Of a DNA stretch of 32,000 bases, positions 8,607 through 16,822 are shown one piece after another. The notes beneath the pieces are model-generated. The model did no database searches. It was not told the DNA's origin and saw only the letters and a program-made list of their open reading frames with translations. Positions within the stretch are counted from its first letter, which is position 1. Every line of letters begins with the position of its first letter. Origin of the DNA: Alkalilimnicola ehrlichii MLHE-1 (GTDB lineage Bacteria > Pseudomonadota > Gammaproteobacteria > Nitrococcales > Halorhodospiraceae); assembly GCF_000014785.1 (NCBI RefSeq), contig NC_008340.1, positions 2,700,001 to 2,732,000 of the forward strand. The letters run 5' to 3'. The translations under genes and the position numbers were made by a program.

Positions 8607-9877
8607 GCCTCCTCCCGCTGAATGGTGACCCGGCCGGCGATGCGCTCACCCCGGCTGGCCGCGGAGTGGATCTGCACCTGCCAGTCGCCCCGCGCCTCCA
8701 CCGCCTCGCGCAGCCGCTCCAACGCCTGCACGCTGGCGGCGTCCAGGTCCAGTTCCAGCCGCTGCTGGCGGAAGGCGAGGCTGCGCAGCCGGGGGGCATC
8801 GTCGCCGGTCAGGGCCGGCGCGACCGCATTGAGCACGGCGATGAAGGGGTCGGACCGGCGCTCCGGGCCGCCCTCGCCACCACCGTCCAGTTCGGCCAGT
8901 GCCCGCTCCATCTGCACCCGCGGGTTGACCACCCGGCTGTCGGGGAAGGTGTCGCGGAAGATCTCCACGGTCTCGGCGCGCAGGGCCTGTTCGGTGCGCT
9001 CCAGGTTGCGCACCTCGGCATAGAGCATGACGAATTGCAGGCCCACCCAGGCCAGGGCCAGGGCCGCCACCGCGCGCCAGGGGCGCAGTCGCCGGAGCCA
9101 CTGCTCGCGCCCGCTGAAGGGGCCCTGGAGCAGATTGATCGCCTGGTGCGGATCGAACAGGGGGGCCAGGGCGCGCAGCGGACTGTCGGCCGCCGGCTGC
9201 TCGCTGACGGTGAGGGTGTCGGGCAGGGCCGCGCGCAGGGCCTCGACCTGCCCGGGGGCGGCGCCCGCCGGGTGGAGGGCCAGCCCGGCGGGGGCGCCCT
9301 CATCGCCGGCCTCACCGGCGGCCTGCGCCTGGGCCAGCAGCCGGGGCAGGATCAGCGGCCAGGCGTCGGCCTCCAGGGCCAGTCCGGCGCGCGGCCCGGT
9401 GCTGAGCCAGCCGGCCTGGTCGCCCAGGATCAGGCGCCAGTCGTCGTCCCCGGCACCGATGGCCAGTTCCAGCGGGGTGATCGTATGCAGTTCGAGGCCC
9501 TGCTCGGCGGCCCAGTGCAACCAGGTGGCCATGCGCTCGCGGTCGATGACCGCGGCGCTGTGGCGTCCGTCGGCCTCCGGCCGGCCCAGGGCGAAGTGCA
9601 GCCGGTCGGGATCGGCGGCGAGCTGGTCCTCCAGCGCCCAAGGCAGCGCCTGGCGGGCCCGCTGGCGGTTACGGGTGGGCAGCGTGGCCCGCAGGACGCT
9701 GACCTCGCCGGGTGGCAGCAACAGCCACACCCGGGCGCCCCGGGGCAGCCGGGTGGCGAGGTCGCCGGCCGGGGCCTCGCCGTGGTCGCCCACGCGGCCG
9801 TCGGCGTCCAGCAGGCACCATTCCACCGGGTCGTCCGCGGTGGGTGCGGTGGGTAGCAGCAGGCAGTATTGACTCAT
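8603..9877 (-). CDS. gspL: Type II secretion system protein L
   Basis: Start at MSQYCLLLPTAPTADDPVEWCLLDADGRVGDHGEAPAGDLATRLPRGARVWLLLPPGEVSVLRATLPTRNRQRARQALPWALEDQLAADPDRLHFALG; C-terminal TM plus periplasmic ferredoxin-like region. Confidence 0.9.
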   Translation of the reverse strand: MSQYCLLLPTAPTADDPVEWCLLDADGRVGDHGEAPAGDLATRLPRGARVWLLLPPGEVSVLRATLPTRNRQRARQALPWALEDQLAADPDRLHFALGRPEADGRHSAAVIDRERMATWLHWAAEQGLELHTITPLELAIGAGDDDWRLILGDQAGWLSTGPRAGLALEADAWPLILPRLLAQAQAAGEAGDEGAPAGLALHPAGAAPGQVEALRAALPDTLTVSEQPAADSPLRALAPLFDPHQAINLLQGPFSGREQWLRRLRPWRAVAALALAWVGLQFVMLYAEVRNLERTEQALRAETVEIFRDTFPDSRVVNPRVQMERALAELDGGGEGGPERRSDPFIAVLNAVAPALTGDDAPRLRSLAFRQQRLELDLDAASVQALERLREAVEARGDWQVQIHSAASRGERIAGRVTIQREEA

Positions 9878-9902
9878 GGCCCCATCATACCCCCTGCCCC
9901 GG

Positions 9903-10721
9903 TCAACAGGCACGCAGCCGGCGCAGCACCACCTCGCCGGTGACGGCGTTGACGATGCTGCACTGGCGGTAACGCCGGTCGGCGCTGTCGACGACGATGT
10001 GCAGGCGCACCCAGTCCGGGCTGTCCTGGCCCTCGGTGTCCGGCGGCTGGTCCGGGTCCGCCTCGGTGGCGGCCAGGAGCCGGTCGGGGGCCCGGCGGGG
10101 GTTGATGGCGACACCCTGCGCCGGCACCGCGGTGACGTAGGGGCGCAGGGCCTGGAACAGCTCGGGCGTCACCCCGCGGACCAGGGCCAGCTCGCTGGCG
10201 GTGGCCAGGCGGGTCCCCGGGTTGCTGTAGGGGGGCTGCTGGCCGGCGTACCAGGGGTCGTGCACCTCCGGGTCCATCCAGTCGCGCAGGGCGGCCAGCA
10301 CACCGTCCGGGTCCACCGCACCGAGTCCGTGGTCGGCGGCCACGTCCTCCAACAGCCGGAGGAAGGTCTCGGCGCTCGCCTCGTCCTCGGGGTCGGCGAG
10401 GTTGTTGAGGTTGAACCGGCAGTGCAGGTCCTCGGCCACCACCTGCACCGCCTGACCGTCCAGGGGCACGACCACGGGCGGCGTGCGGCAGTCCTCCCAG
10501 GGCACCGCGTCCGGGTTATCGGCCAGCAGGCGCAGGGCCTGGGCCGCCAGGGCCTCGCCGCTGGCGGCGTGCCAATAGGCCTGGTCGTGTTCCAGCAGGT
10601 TGCCGGTGCGGCGGATGTCCAGGTGCTGGCGGGTGGTCATGGCGACGGTGGCGATGGTGGCCAGCGCCACCACCAGCAGGGCGGTGATCAGGGCCACCCC
10701 CCGTTGCCGCCGCCGCGCCAT
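9903..10721 (-). CDS. gspK: Type II secretion system minor pseudopilin K
   Basis: Internal start MARRRQRGVALITALLVVALATIATVAMTTRQHLDIRRT. Prepilin-like N-terminus, then FNLNNLADPED...LRDWMDPEV...NPGTRLATASELALVRGVTPELF and NINP-like VAINPRRAP. Confidence 0.92.
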   Translation of the reverse strand: MARRRQRGVALITALLVVALATIATVAMTTRQHLDIRRTGNLLEHDQAYWHAASGEALAAQALRLLADNPDAVPWEDCRTPPVVVPLDGQAVQVVAEDLHCRFNLNNLADPEDEASAETFLRLLEDVAADHGLGAVDPDGVLAALRDWMDPEVHDPWYAGQQPPYSNPGTRLATASELALVRGVTPELFQALRPYVTAVPAQGVAINPRRAPDRLLAATEADPDQPPDTEGQDSPDWVRLHIVVDSADRRYRQCSIVNAVTGEVVLRRLRAC

Positions 10722-10723
10722 GG

Positions 10724-12766
10724 CTACTCCGCCTCCACCGCCTGCTCGGCGACGGCGGCGAAGGGCGCCAGCCATTGCCGCACCCGCGCGCGGAGCTCCT
10801 CGTCCTCGGCGATCCGATCGGCGATGGCCGGGCTGAAGTGGTAATAGAGGCTGACCAGCTCCTGCCCGGCACGGCTGGTCAGCAGGGCCTCGTCGCGGAA
10901 CTGGCGCAGGGTGGCCACGGGCGCATCCCATTCACTGCCCCAGGCGGCGGTGGCAATGAAGCAGCCGCCACCTCCGCCACCACCCCCAGTGCCGTTGTCT
11001 CCGTCCGGGGCGCCGTTGTCGCCATTGCCGTTATCGTCGTTGCCGTTGCCGTTGTCGTCGTTGCCGTTGCCGTTGTCGTCGTTGCCATTGTCGCCATTGT
11101 CGTCGCTGGTCGCCACGTAGCTCGCCGAACCCGAGCAGGCGCGCACACTGGCCCGCTCGGCGCAGACCCGGTAGGTGATGGTCTCGCCCTCGTCCAGTGC
11201 CGGGGAGACGACGGCCTCCTGGTCCCCGCTCTCCAGGGTGACCCCGCCGGTGGCCTGGAAGTCGGCGTCCGCATCGTCGCAGCCGTCGCCCTCGCAGTGC
11301 TCCAGCGCCAGCGCATCGAGCTGATAGCTGTTGTTCAGCCAGGTCAATTCCAGCTCCGAGGTATCGGGCAGCGGGTTGATCCGCAGCCGGCTCGGGGCGA
11401 AGGGCGGCAGACCGGCCAGGTCGACGGTGAGGGCGTCGTAGGCGTTCACGATGCCGCCGGTGGCGGTCAGCCCCTCCCAGTCCGGGCTGGCATTCAGCCG
11501 GGCGGACATCAGGAGGCGCTCCCGCACCGCCTGGTAAGGGGTATCGACGCCGTGCTGGGCCAGCACCAGGCCGGCGATGCCGACCACGTGGGGTACAGCC
11601 ATAGAGGTGCCCGAACGGAATTCGTAGGGGTCTGGCCGGTCCGGCCGGTCCACCACGGCACTCAGGATATCAACGCCGGGCGCGGCCAGGTGGACGTCGG
11701 TCTCCCCAAAATTGGAGAAACTCGCGCGCTCGTCGTCCTCGTCTGAGGCCGCGACCGAGATGATGTTGTCCAGCCGGTAACTGGCCGGCCAGAAGCCCGT
11801 CGGCTCGTCCGATTCCGTGTCATTCTCCTCACCCGCGTTCCCCGCCGCGGCCACCACCAGGACCCCCTGCTCACCGGCTGCCCGCAGGGCCGCCTTGAGG
11901 GTGTCGTCCTCGCCGTCATCCCGGAGCGGACTTTCATCGGTGCCGAAACTGGCGTTGATGACCCTCACCCCTTCATCGACCAACGCCTCCACGGCCGCAA
12001 TCACGTCGGCAAAGGACCCTTCGACCCGGTTCGGGCCAGCGACCTCCAGCGCGGCGTGGCTGTACAGCGAGACCTGGAGATTCACGCCGGCCACCCCCTC
12101 CCCCTCAGCCGCGATCACGCCGGCGACATGGGTGCCATGATCCTCCGGCTGAGAATCGTCGAACTGGGAACCGGTCCCCGCCACGTTCTGCTGCAGATCG
12201 GGATGGGCCGTATCGATCTCGGTGTCCACCTGGCCCAGTCGCACCGCCGGGTCACCGGTGGTCAGGTCCCAGGCCTGCGGCACATCGATGGCCGGCAGGT
12301 TCCATTGCTGGTCATAGAACTCGGGCTCCGGGTCGAGCTGGGCGGCGTAGACCCGGTAGTTGGGCTCGACATAGGCCACCGCCGGGTCCTCGGCGTAGGC
12401 GGCGATGGCCTCCTCCAGGCTCATCCAGGACGGCAGCCGAACATGCTCCGCGTTACCGGTGCGAAAGCGCCGGACCACATTGGCGCCCACCAGGGCATGA
12501 GCCGCCCGCATACGCGGCTCGGTCTCCGCCGCGTCCCCGGCCGGCCGGATCAGCAACTCCCCCGGCACACAGCAGTCCGGGTTGTCCCGGACCGTCTCGA
12601 TCAGGGTGCGGGCCGAAGCCGGCAGGGCCGCCAACCGCTCCGCTGAGAGCGCGGCCACCCGCCGGTCGTCCTCCGGCGGTTCCAGGCCTCCGCTCAGCAG
12701 CGGGGGCAGCAACAGTGCCGCGACCAGCGCGGCGGCCATCCATGCAGTGAAGAGGCGCATCTTCAT
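10724..12766 (-). CDS. Secreted S8 (subtilisin-like) serine protease with Asp/Gly/Asn-rich linker and Cys-Phe-Ile (CFI-box-like) C-terminal domain
   Basis: 680 aa. Signal peptide-like N-terminus; catalytic motifs LGQVDTEIDTAHPDL, DDSQPEDHGTHVAGVIA, FRSGTSMAVPHVVGIAG. (G)NGNDDNGNGNDD linker, then GGGGGGGGCFIATAAWGSEWDAPVATLRQFRDEALLTSRAG. 4-bp overlap with gspJ. Confidence 0.93.
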   Translation of the reverse strand: MKMRLFTAWMAAALVAALLLPPLLSGGLEPPEDDRRVAALSAERLAALPASARTLIETVRDNPDCCVPGELLIRPAGDAAETEPRMRAAHALVGANVVRRFRTGNAEHVRLPSWMSLEEAIAAYAEDPAVAYVEPNYRVYAAQLDPEPEFYDQQWNLPAIDVPQAWDLTTGDPAVRLGQVDTEIDTAHPDLQQNVAGTGSQFDDSQPEDHGTHVAGVIAAEGEGVAGVNLQVSLYSHAALEVAGPNRVEGSFADVIAAVEALVDEGVRVINASFGTDESPLRDDGEDDTLKAALRAAGEQGVLVVAAAGNAGEENDTESDEPTGFWPASYRLDNIISVAASDEDDERASFSNFGETDVHLAAPGVDILSAVVDRPDRPDPYEFRSGTSMAVPHVVGIAGLVLAQHGVDTPYQAVRERLLMSARLNASPDWEGLTATGGIVNAYDALTVDLAGLPPFAPSRLRINPLPDTSELELTWLNNSYQLDALALEHCEGDGCDDADADFQATGGVTLESGDQEAVVSPALDEGETITYRVCAERASVRACSGSASYVATSDDNGDNGNDDNGNGNDDNGNGNDDNGNGDNGAPDGDNGTGGGGGGGGCFIATAAWGSEWDAPVATLRQFRDEALLTSRAGQELVSLYYHFSPAIADRIAEDEELRARVRQWLAPFAAVAEQAVEAE
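10970..11107. repeat. In-gene 21-bp tandem repeat encoding the NGNGNDD-type linker plus poly-Gly tract of the S8 protease
   Basis: 'GTTGCCGTTGCCGTTGTCGTC' repeated; encodes DNGNDDNGNGNDDNGNGNDDNGNGDNGAP...GGGGGGGG. Confidence 0.85.
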
Positions 12767-13401
12767 CGGTCGTTCTCCTTGCGCGGGAGGGCGAAAAGCC
12801 GGGTCACCGCCCCGGTGTGCTCCGCTTCCAGTTCAATCTCGACGGCGAGGGGCAGGTCCGCATTGGGCTGCTCCGGTGGGGGCCAGGCCCGGCTGGTGGT
12901 CCGCTCCCCGTCCAGGCCATGGTAGTGGAAGACGAAGGCGAGTACCTCCACGGTGTTGCCGGCCACCTCCCCCAGCATGGGCACCCGGCTTTGCGGCTCA
13001 TCCATGCCGCCGTCCACGGTGGGCCAGAGCAGCCGGTAGAGCACGCCGTCCTCCAGCTCCCAACCCACCCGTCGCAGCTCCGAGCGCACGCCGCGACTGC
13101 GCGCGCCAGCGCTCACCAGTTCCAGCCGCGGGGGCAGGCGCAGGTCGTCGAGCATCAGCCCGGGGCGGCGGTCGCCGTAGGCATCGCGCCGGGGCCGGTC
13201 CACCACCTGGTGCAGATCCCGCTGCAGCATGGCGAAGGCCAACTGCATCTCATCCAGTCGCTCCGCGGCCCGGTCGGTGTGCGCCCGGGCGTCCAGCACC
13301 GAGGTGAGGCCGCCGTAGGCCATGGCGGCCAGCAGGGAGAAGACCGCCATGGCCACCAGCAGCTCCAGGAGGGTGAAACCGCGCGACCGGTCAGAGGCCA
13401 T
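12763..13401 (-). CDS. gspJ: Type II secretion system minor pseudopilin J
   Basis: Internal start MASDRSRGFTLLELLVAMAVFSLLAAMAYGGLTSVLDARAHTDRAAERLDEMQLAFAMLQRDLHQVVDRPRRD. Type IV prepilin signal. Confidence 0.92.
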   Translation of the reverse strand: MASDRSRGFTLLELLVAMAVFSLLAAMAYGGLTSVLDARAHTDRAAERLDEMQLAFAMLQRDLHQVVDRPRRDAYGDRRPGLMLDDLRLPPRLELVSAGARSRGVRSELRRVGWELEDGVLYRLLWPTVDGGMDEPQSRVPMLGEVAGNTVEVLAFVFHYHGLDGERTTSRAWPPPEQPNADLPLAVEIELEAEHTGAVTRLFALPRKENDR

Positions 13402-13840
13402 CGAAGCCCCCCTCCTCCAGGTCATCGATCGTCCCCAGGCGGCCCCCCTCCGGGACCAGCACCACGCGGGCGGTGGCCAGGGGCTGTTGCTCGCGCGCCT
13501 GGTCGCGGTGGACCGCCACCTCCAGCCGGCGCAGCCCCGGGATGCCCGGCAGGCCCTCCAGCTCCGGCGCCCAGGGCGCCATCGTCGCCCGCCAATGCCA
13601 GTCGCGCCCGCCGAGACGCTCGACGCCTTCGGCGGGGCCGGACTCGGGCAGTGCCTCCAGCCGCGCCTGGAAGCGGTTGAGCTGATTGGCAGCCACCCAG
13701 TGGGCATGGGTCCGGTCGCGCAGATAGGCGGCGTTGGCGGCGTTCTCGCTGGCCACCTTGACGGCCGCGCCCAGGGCGGTGGCCAGGATGGCCAGCGCCA
13801 CCAGCACCTCCAGCAGGGTAAAGCCCCGTTGCCTAGCCAT
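13391..13840 (-). CDS. gspI: Type II secretion system minor pseudopilin I
   Basis: MARQRGFTLLEVLVALAILATALGAAVKVASENAANAAYLRDRTHAHWVAANQLNRFQ, the classic GspI N-terminus. Confidence 0.92.
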   Translation of the reverse strand: MARQRGFTLLEVLVALAILATALGAAVKVASENAANAAYLRDRTHAHWVAANQLNRFQARLEALPESGPAEGVERLGGRDWHWRATMAPWAPELEGLPGIPGLRRLEVAVHRDQAREQQPLATARVVLVPEGGRLGTIDDLEEGGFDGL

Positions 13841-14375
13841 CGGGCGCCTCCGTGTGCAGGCGCAGGCGCCCGGCCATGTCACCGGTGACGACCCGGATCC
13901 GGTCCGGGTCGCGCTGATCGCGCAGCGTGAGCTGGAACTCCGTCACCTCGCCGGTCCCATAGAGGTAGAGGTGGGGGTCGGGCTGTTCGGGCCGGTAGTC
14001 CAGGCGGACGTCCACGCCCTCCAGGCGCAACGCCAGTTCCATGTCCTCCGGCTCCAGGTCGCGGGGCCGGAGCTGGCGGTCGCGGTCCACCGGCAGCCAG
14101 GTGGTGAGGCCGTCCTCCACCTCCACCTCGTGCAGGAAGTGGTAGCCGTGCCGGGTCACCCCCACGGCCAACTCCGGGCCGCCGAGCATGACCTCCTGGC
14201 GGGCGAGGTCCACCAGGCTGATGAAGCGCCGGGCCTGCTCCTCCAACTGGCGGTCGCGGCCGCCATCGCCCACGGAGAGCACGGCGAGGCCGGTGAGCAA
14301 CCCCAGGATGATGATGACCGCCAGCAGCTCGAACAGGGTGAAGCCGGCGCTGGCCTTGGCGGGGCGGGGCATCAT
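13833..14375 (-). CDS. gspH: Type II secretion system minor pseudopilin H
   Basis: MMPRPAKASAGFTLFELLAVIIILGLLTGLAVLSVGDGGRDRQLEEQARRFISLVDLARQEVMLGG. Confidence 0.92.
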   Translation of the reverse strand: MMPRPAKASAGFTLFELLAVIIILGLLTGLAVLSVGDGGRDRQLEEQARRFISLVDLARQEVMLGGPELAVGVTRHGYHFLHEVEVEDGLTTWLPVDRDRQLRPRDLEPEDMELALRLEGVDVRLDYRPEQPDPHLYLYGTGEVTEFQLTLRDQRDPDRIRVVTGDMAGRLRLHTEAPDG

Positions 14376-14381
14376 CCGGCG

Positions 14382-14816
14382 TCAGTCCAGCGCCCAGTTG
14401 CCGATCTCCGCGTTGACGCCGGAGCCCCCCGGCTGACCGTCGGCACCGTAGCTGAAGATGTCGATGTCGCTGTGCTCGCCCGGGTTGAGGTATTGGTAGT
14501 CGTTGCCCCAGGGGTCCTTGGGCAGCCGGTCCAGGTAGCCGCCCTCGCGCCAGTTGCGCGGCTCGGGATTGCCGGTGGGCCGCTCCACCAGCGCCTCCAG
14601 GCCCTGGTCGGTGCTGGGATAGACGTTGTTGTCCAGGCGGTAGAGGTTGAGCGCGGACTCGATGGCGCGGATATCGGAGCGCGCCTTGCTGATCCGGGCG
14701 TCGTCGGGACGGTCCATGATCCGCGGCACCACGATACCGGCGAGGATGCCGAGGATGACCACCACCACCATGATCTCGATGAGGGTGAAGCCGCTTTGCC
14801 GTTGTCTAGCCATCAT
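14382..14816 (-). CDS. gspG: Type II secretion system major pseudopilin G
   Basis: [82 protein letters not shown]...[24 protein letters not shown]. Confidence 0.98.
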   Translation of the reverse strand: MMARQRQSGFTLIEIMVVVVILGILAGIVVPRIMDRPDDARISKARSDIRAIESALNLYRLDNNVYPSTDQGLEALVERPTGNPEPRNWREGGYLDRLPKDPWGNDYQYLNPGEHSDIDIFSYGADGQPGGSGVNAEIGNWALD

Positions 14817-14845
14817 GCACTGGGACTCCTCAAGGGGTTACGGGC

Positions 14846-14899
14846 GCCACTATTGCGCCAACTGCCACTATTGCGCCAACTGCCACTATTGCACCAACT
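14846..14899. repeat. 18-bp direct repeat x3 spanning the gspF stop codon and the gspF-gspG gap
   Basis: GCCACTATTGCGCCAACT / GCCACTATTGCGCCAACT / GCCACTATTGCACCAACT. On the coding strand each unit carries a CAA-TAG in the gspF frame. Confidence 0.92.
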
Positions 14900-16100
14900 G
14901 ATTGAGTTCGAAGACCGGCAACAGGATGGCAAGCACGATCACCATGACCACGCCGCCCATGAGCAGGATCAGCAGCGGCTCGAACAGCCCCAGGAACATG
15001 CCGGTGAGGCTCTCCAGCTCCCGCTCCTGGTTCTCCGCCGCCCGGTCCAGCATCTGCTCCAGCTTGCCACCGGCCTCGCCGCTGGCGATCAGGTGCACGG
15101 TGATGGGCGGGAAGTAGCCGGTCCGTTCCAGGGCGTGGGCCAGACCGCTGCCCTCGCGCACGCGCCGGGCGGCCTCCTCCACCCCGCGCCGCATGGGGTC
15201 GTTGTTGACCACCGCGCCGGCCACCCGCAGCGCCTCCAGCACCGGCACGCTGCTGGCGGTGAGGATGCTCAGGGTGCGGGCAAAGCGGGCGGCGTTCACC
15301 CCCCGGGTCAGGCGCCCGATCAGGGGCAGTCGCAGCAGCAGGCTGTGCAGGGCGTAACGGGGCCCGGGCCGGCGCAGGATCCGGGCCAGCACCAGCAGCC
15401 CCACGATACCGCCGATCAGGCCGTAGAGGGCATAGTCGCGCATGAAGTCGCTGGTGACGATCAGCGACTGGGTGAGCAGCGGCAGATCCTGACCGATGTG
15501 GTCGAACACCCCCACCACCTCCGGCACCACGTAGGTGAGCAGGGTGAGGGTGACGCCGATGGCCATGACCGTGAGGATGATCGGGTAGAACAGCGCCATC
15601 TGCACCTTCTGGCGCATCTGCTGGCGGCCCTCGGTGTATTCCGCCAGCCGCTCCAGCACGATGTCCAGGTGGCCGGACTTCTCGCCGGCGGCTACCGTGG
15701 TGCGGTAGATATCGGGGAAGACGTGGGGGAAATCGCCCAACCCCTGGGCCAGGGTGTGACCCTCCAGCACGCGGTTGCGCACCGCCAGCATCAGGCTCTT
15801 GAGGCGGGGCTTGTCGGTCTGCCGGGAGACGGTGCGCAGGACGTCCTCCAGCGGCAGGCCGGAGCGCACCAGGGTGGCCATCTGGCGGGTGATCAGGGCC
15901 AGATCGGTGGCGCTGACCCCGCGGGTGAACAGCGGCCGGCGCACCGCACGCGCCTCCCGCTCCACCACGGCCTGCACGGCCAGGGGCGTAAGCCCGCGGT
16001 CGCGCAGTTGGGCGCGGACGTGACGCGGGGTGTCCCCCTCGAGCACACCCTTGCGCTGGCGGCCGCCCGGATCCAGTGCCTGATACTCGTAGGCGCCCAT
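14886..16100 (-). CDS. gspF: Type II secretion system inner-membrane platform protein F
   Basis: 404 aa. MGAYEYQALDPGGRQRKGVLEGDTPRHVRAQLRDRGLTPLAV; LALITRQMATLVRSGLPLEDVLRTVSRQTDKPRLKSLM; LLIGEVAGKLEQMLDRAA-type region; C-terminal ILLPVFELNQLVQ. Confidence 0.97.
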   Translation of the reverse strand: MGAYEYQALDPGGRQRKGVLEGDTPRHVRAQLRDRGLTPLAVQAVVEREARAVRRPLFTRGVSATDLALITRQMATLVRSGLPLEDVLRTVSRQTDKPRLKSLMLAVRNRVLEGHTLAQGLGDFPHVFPDIYRTTVAAGEKSGHLDIVLERLAEYTEGRQQMRQKVQMALFYPIILTVMAIGVTLTLLTYVVPEVVGVFDHIGQDLPLLTQSLIVTSDFMRDYALYGLIGGIVGLLVLARILRRPGPRYALHSLLLRLPLIGRLTRGVNAARFARTLSILTASSVPVLEALRVAGAVVNNDPMRRGVEEAARRVREGSGLAHALERTGYFPPITVHLIASGEAGGKLEQMLDRAAENQERELESLTGMFLGLFEPLLILLMGGVVMVIVLAILLPVFELNQLVQ

Positions 16101-16161
16101 GCCCTATGCCTCGCCGGCCTCCCTGGCCCGTGGTGGTTCGCTGTGTGTGCTCATTCAGCGC

Positions 16162-16191
16162 AGGATACCCCACCCTGCGGCGGACCGTGAA
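16162..16191 (-). promoter_or_regulatory. Candidate sigma70-type promoter for the gspF-N operon
   Basis: On the minus strand: TTCACG - 18 bp - TATCCT, about 60 bp upstream of the gspF start. Motif reading only. Confidence 0.3.
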
Positions 16192-16258
16192 GCGGCCTGA
16201 CGGCCCTGCCGCGGTGGCCAGCCACGGCCTTGGGATATGATGGCAGGGGAACGGACGC

Positions 16259-16738
16259 ATGCCGGTGGCGATAGGGGGCGATGGCTTGCAGGCGAACCCG
16301 CTGTACCCATTCAAGGATTGGTTGTTTCTGGCCGCACTGGCCGCCGGGCCGGCCGGGGCGCTGGCCTGGGTGATATTGACCGGGGAGCGGGCCGGCGACG
16401 GCAACCTGCTGACGCCCTGGCCCCTATTGATGCTGGTGGTGGTCTACCCGGTGCTCGAGGAGCTGGCCTTCCGCGGGTTGATTCAGGGGCTGCTGCTGCG
16501 TCCGCACTGGGGCCGTTACCGGGCGGGCCCGGTGAGCCTGGCCAATGCCCTGACCACCCTGGCCTTCGCCCTCAGCCACTGGCCCCGCGGCGGGGCGCTG
16601 CTGGCGCTGGGGGTGATCCCACCGGGGCTGATCTTCGGGTACTTCCGGGAGCGGCACGACGGGCTCTGGAGCCCGATCCTGCTCCACGGCTGGTATAACC
16701 TCTGCGTGATCACGGTGACGGCGACCTGGCCCGCCTGA
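16259..16738 (+). CDS. Small CPBP-family (glutamic-type) intramembrane protease, candidate JDVT-CTERM processing enzyme (MrtJ-like)
   Basis: 159 aa. Conserved motif 1 EELAFRG (EExxxR), motif 2 FALSHW (FxxxH), motif 3 LLHGWYN (HxxxN) in hydrophobic segments. AGGGGA upstream of ATG. Flanked by T2SS genes and a gene encoding a Cys-plus-TM-plus-Arg tail. Confidence 0.85.
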   Translation: MPVAIGGDGLQANPLYPFKDWLFLAALAAGPAGALAWVILTGERAGDGNLLTPWPLLMLVVVYPVLEELAFRGLIQGLLLRPHWGRYRAGPVSLANALTTLAFALSHWPRGGALLALGVIPPGLIFGYFRERHDGLWSPILLHGWYNLCVITVTATWPA

Positions 16739-16762
16739 GCGGGCGCCGCGGGAAGAAACAAG

Positions 16763-16788
16763 CGGCCGGCGGGGGATCCCGCCGGCCG
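16763..16788. terminator. Strong hairpin between the convergent mrtJ-like and CLCA-like genes (possible intrinsic terminator)
   Basis: CGGCCGGCGGG-GGAT-CCCGCCGGCCG, an 11-bp perfect stem. On the minus strand it is followed by GCTTGTTTCTTCC (moderately T-rich). Confidence 0.6.
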
Positions 16789-16822
16789 GTGGGTGGGTTA
16801 AGGGGGCCGGGGCCCCGCGCGC

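Noticed and set aside
10724-12766. Treating the S8 protease tail as the same JDVT-like tail
   Set aside because: It ends in GGGG-CFIATAAWGSEWD...EE with no final hydrophobic helix and Arg cluster; it is a different C-terminal module.
13734-16190. 818-aa plus-strand ORF
   Set aside because: Antisense to clearly identified gspF, gspG, gspH and gspI; a typical spurious ORF in GC-rich DNA with His/Gln/Val-rich composition.
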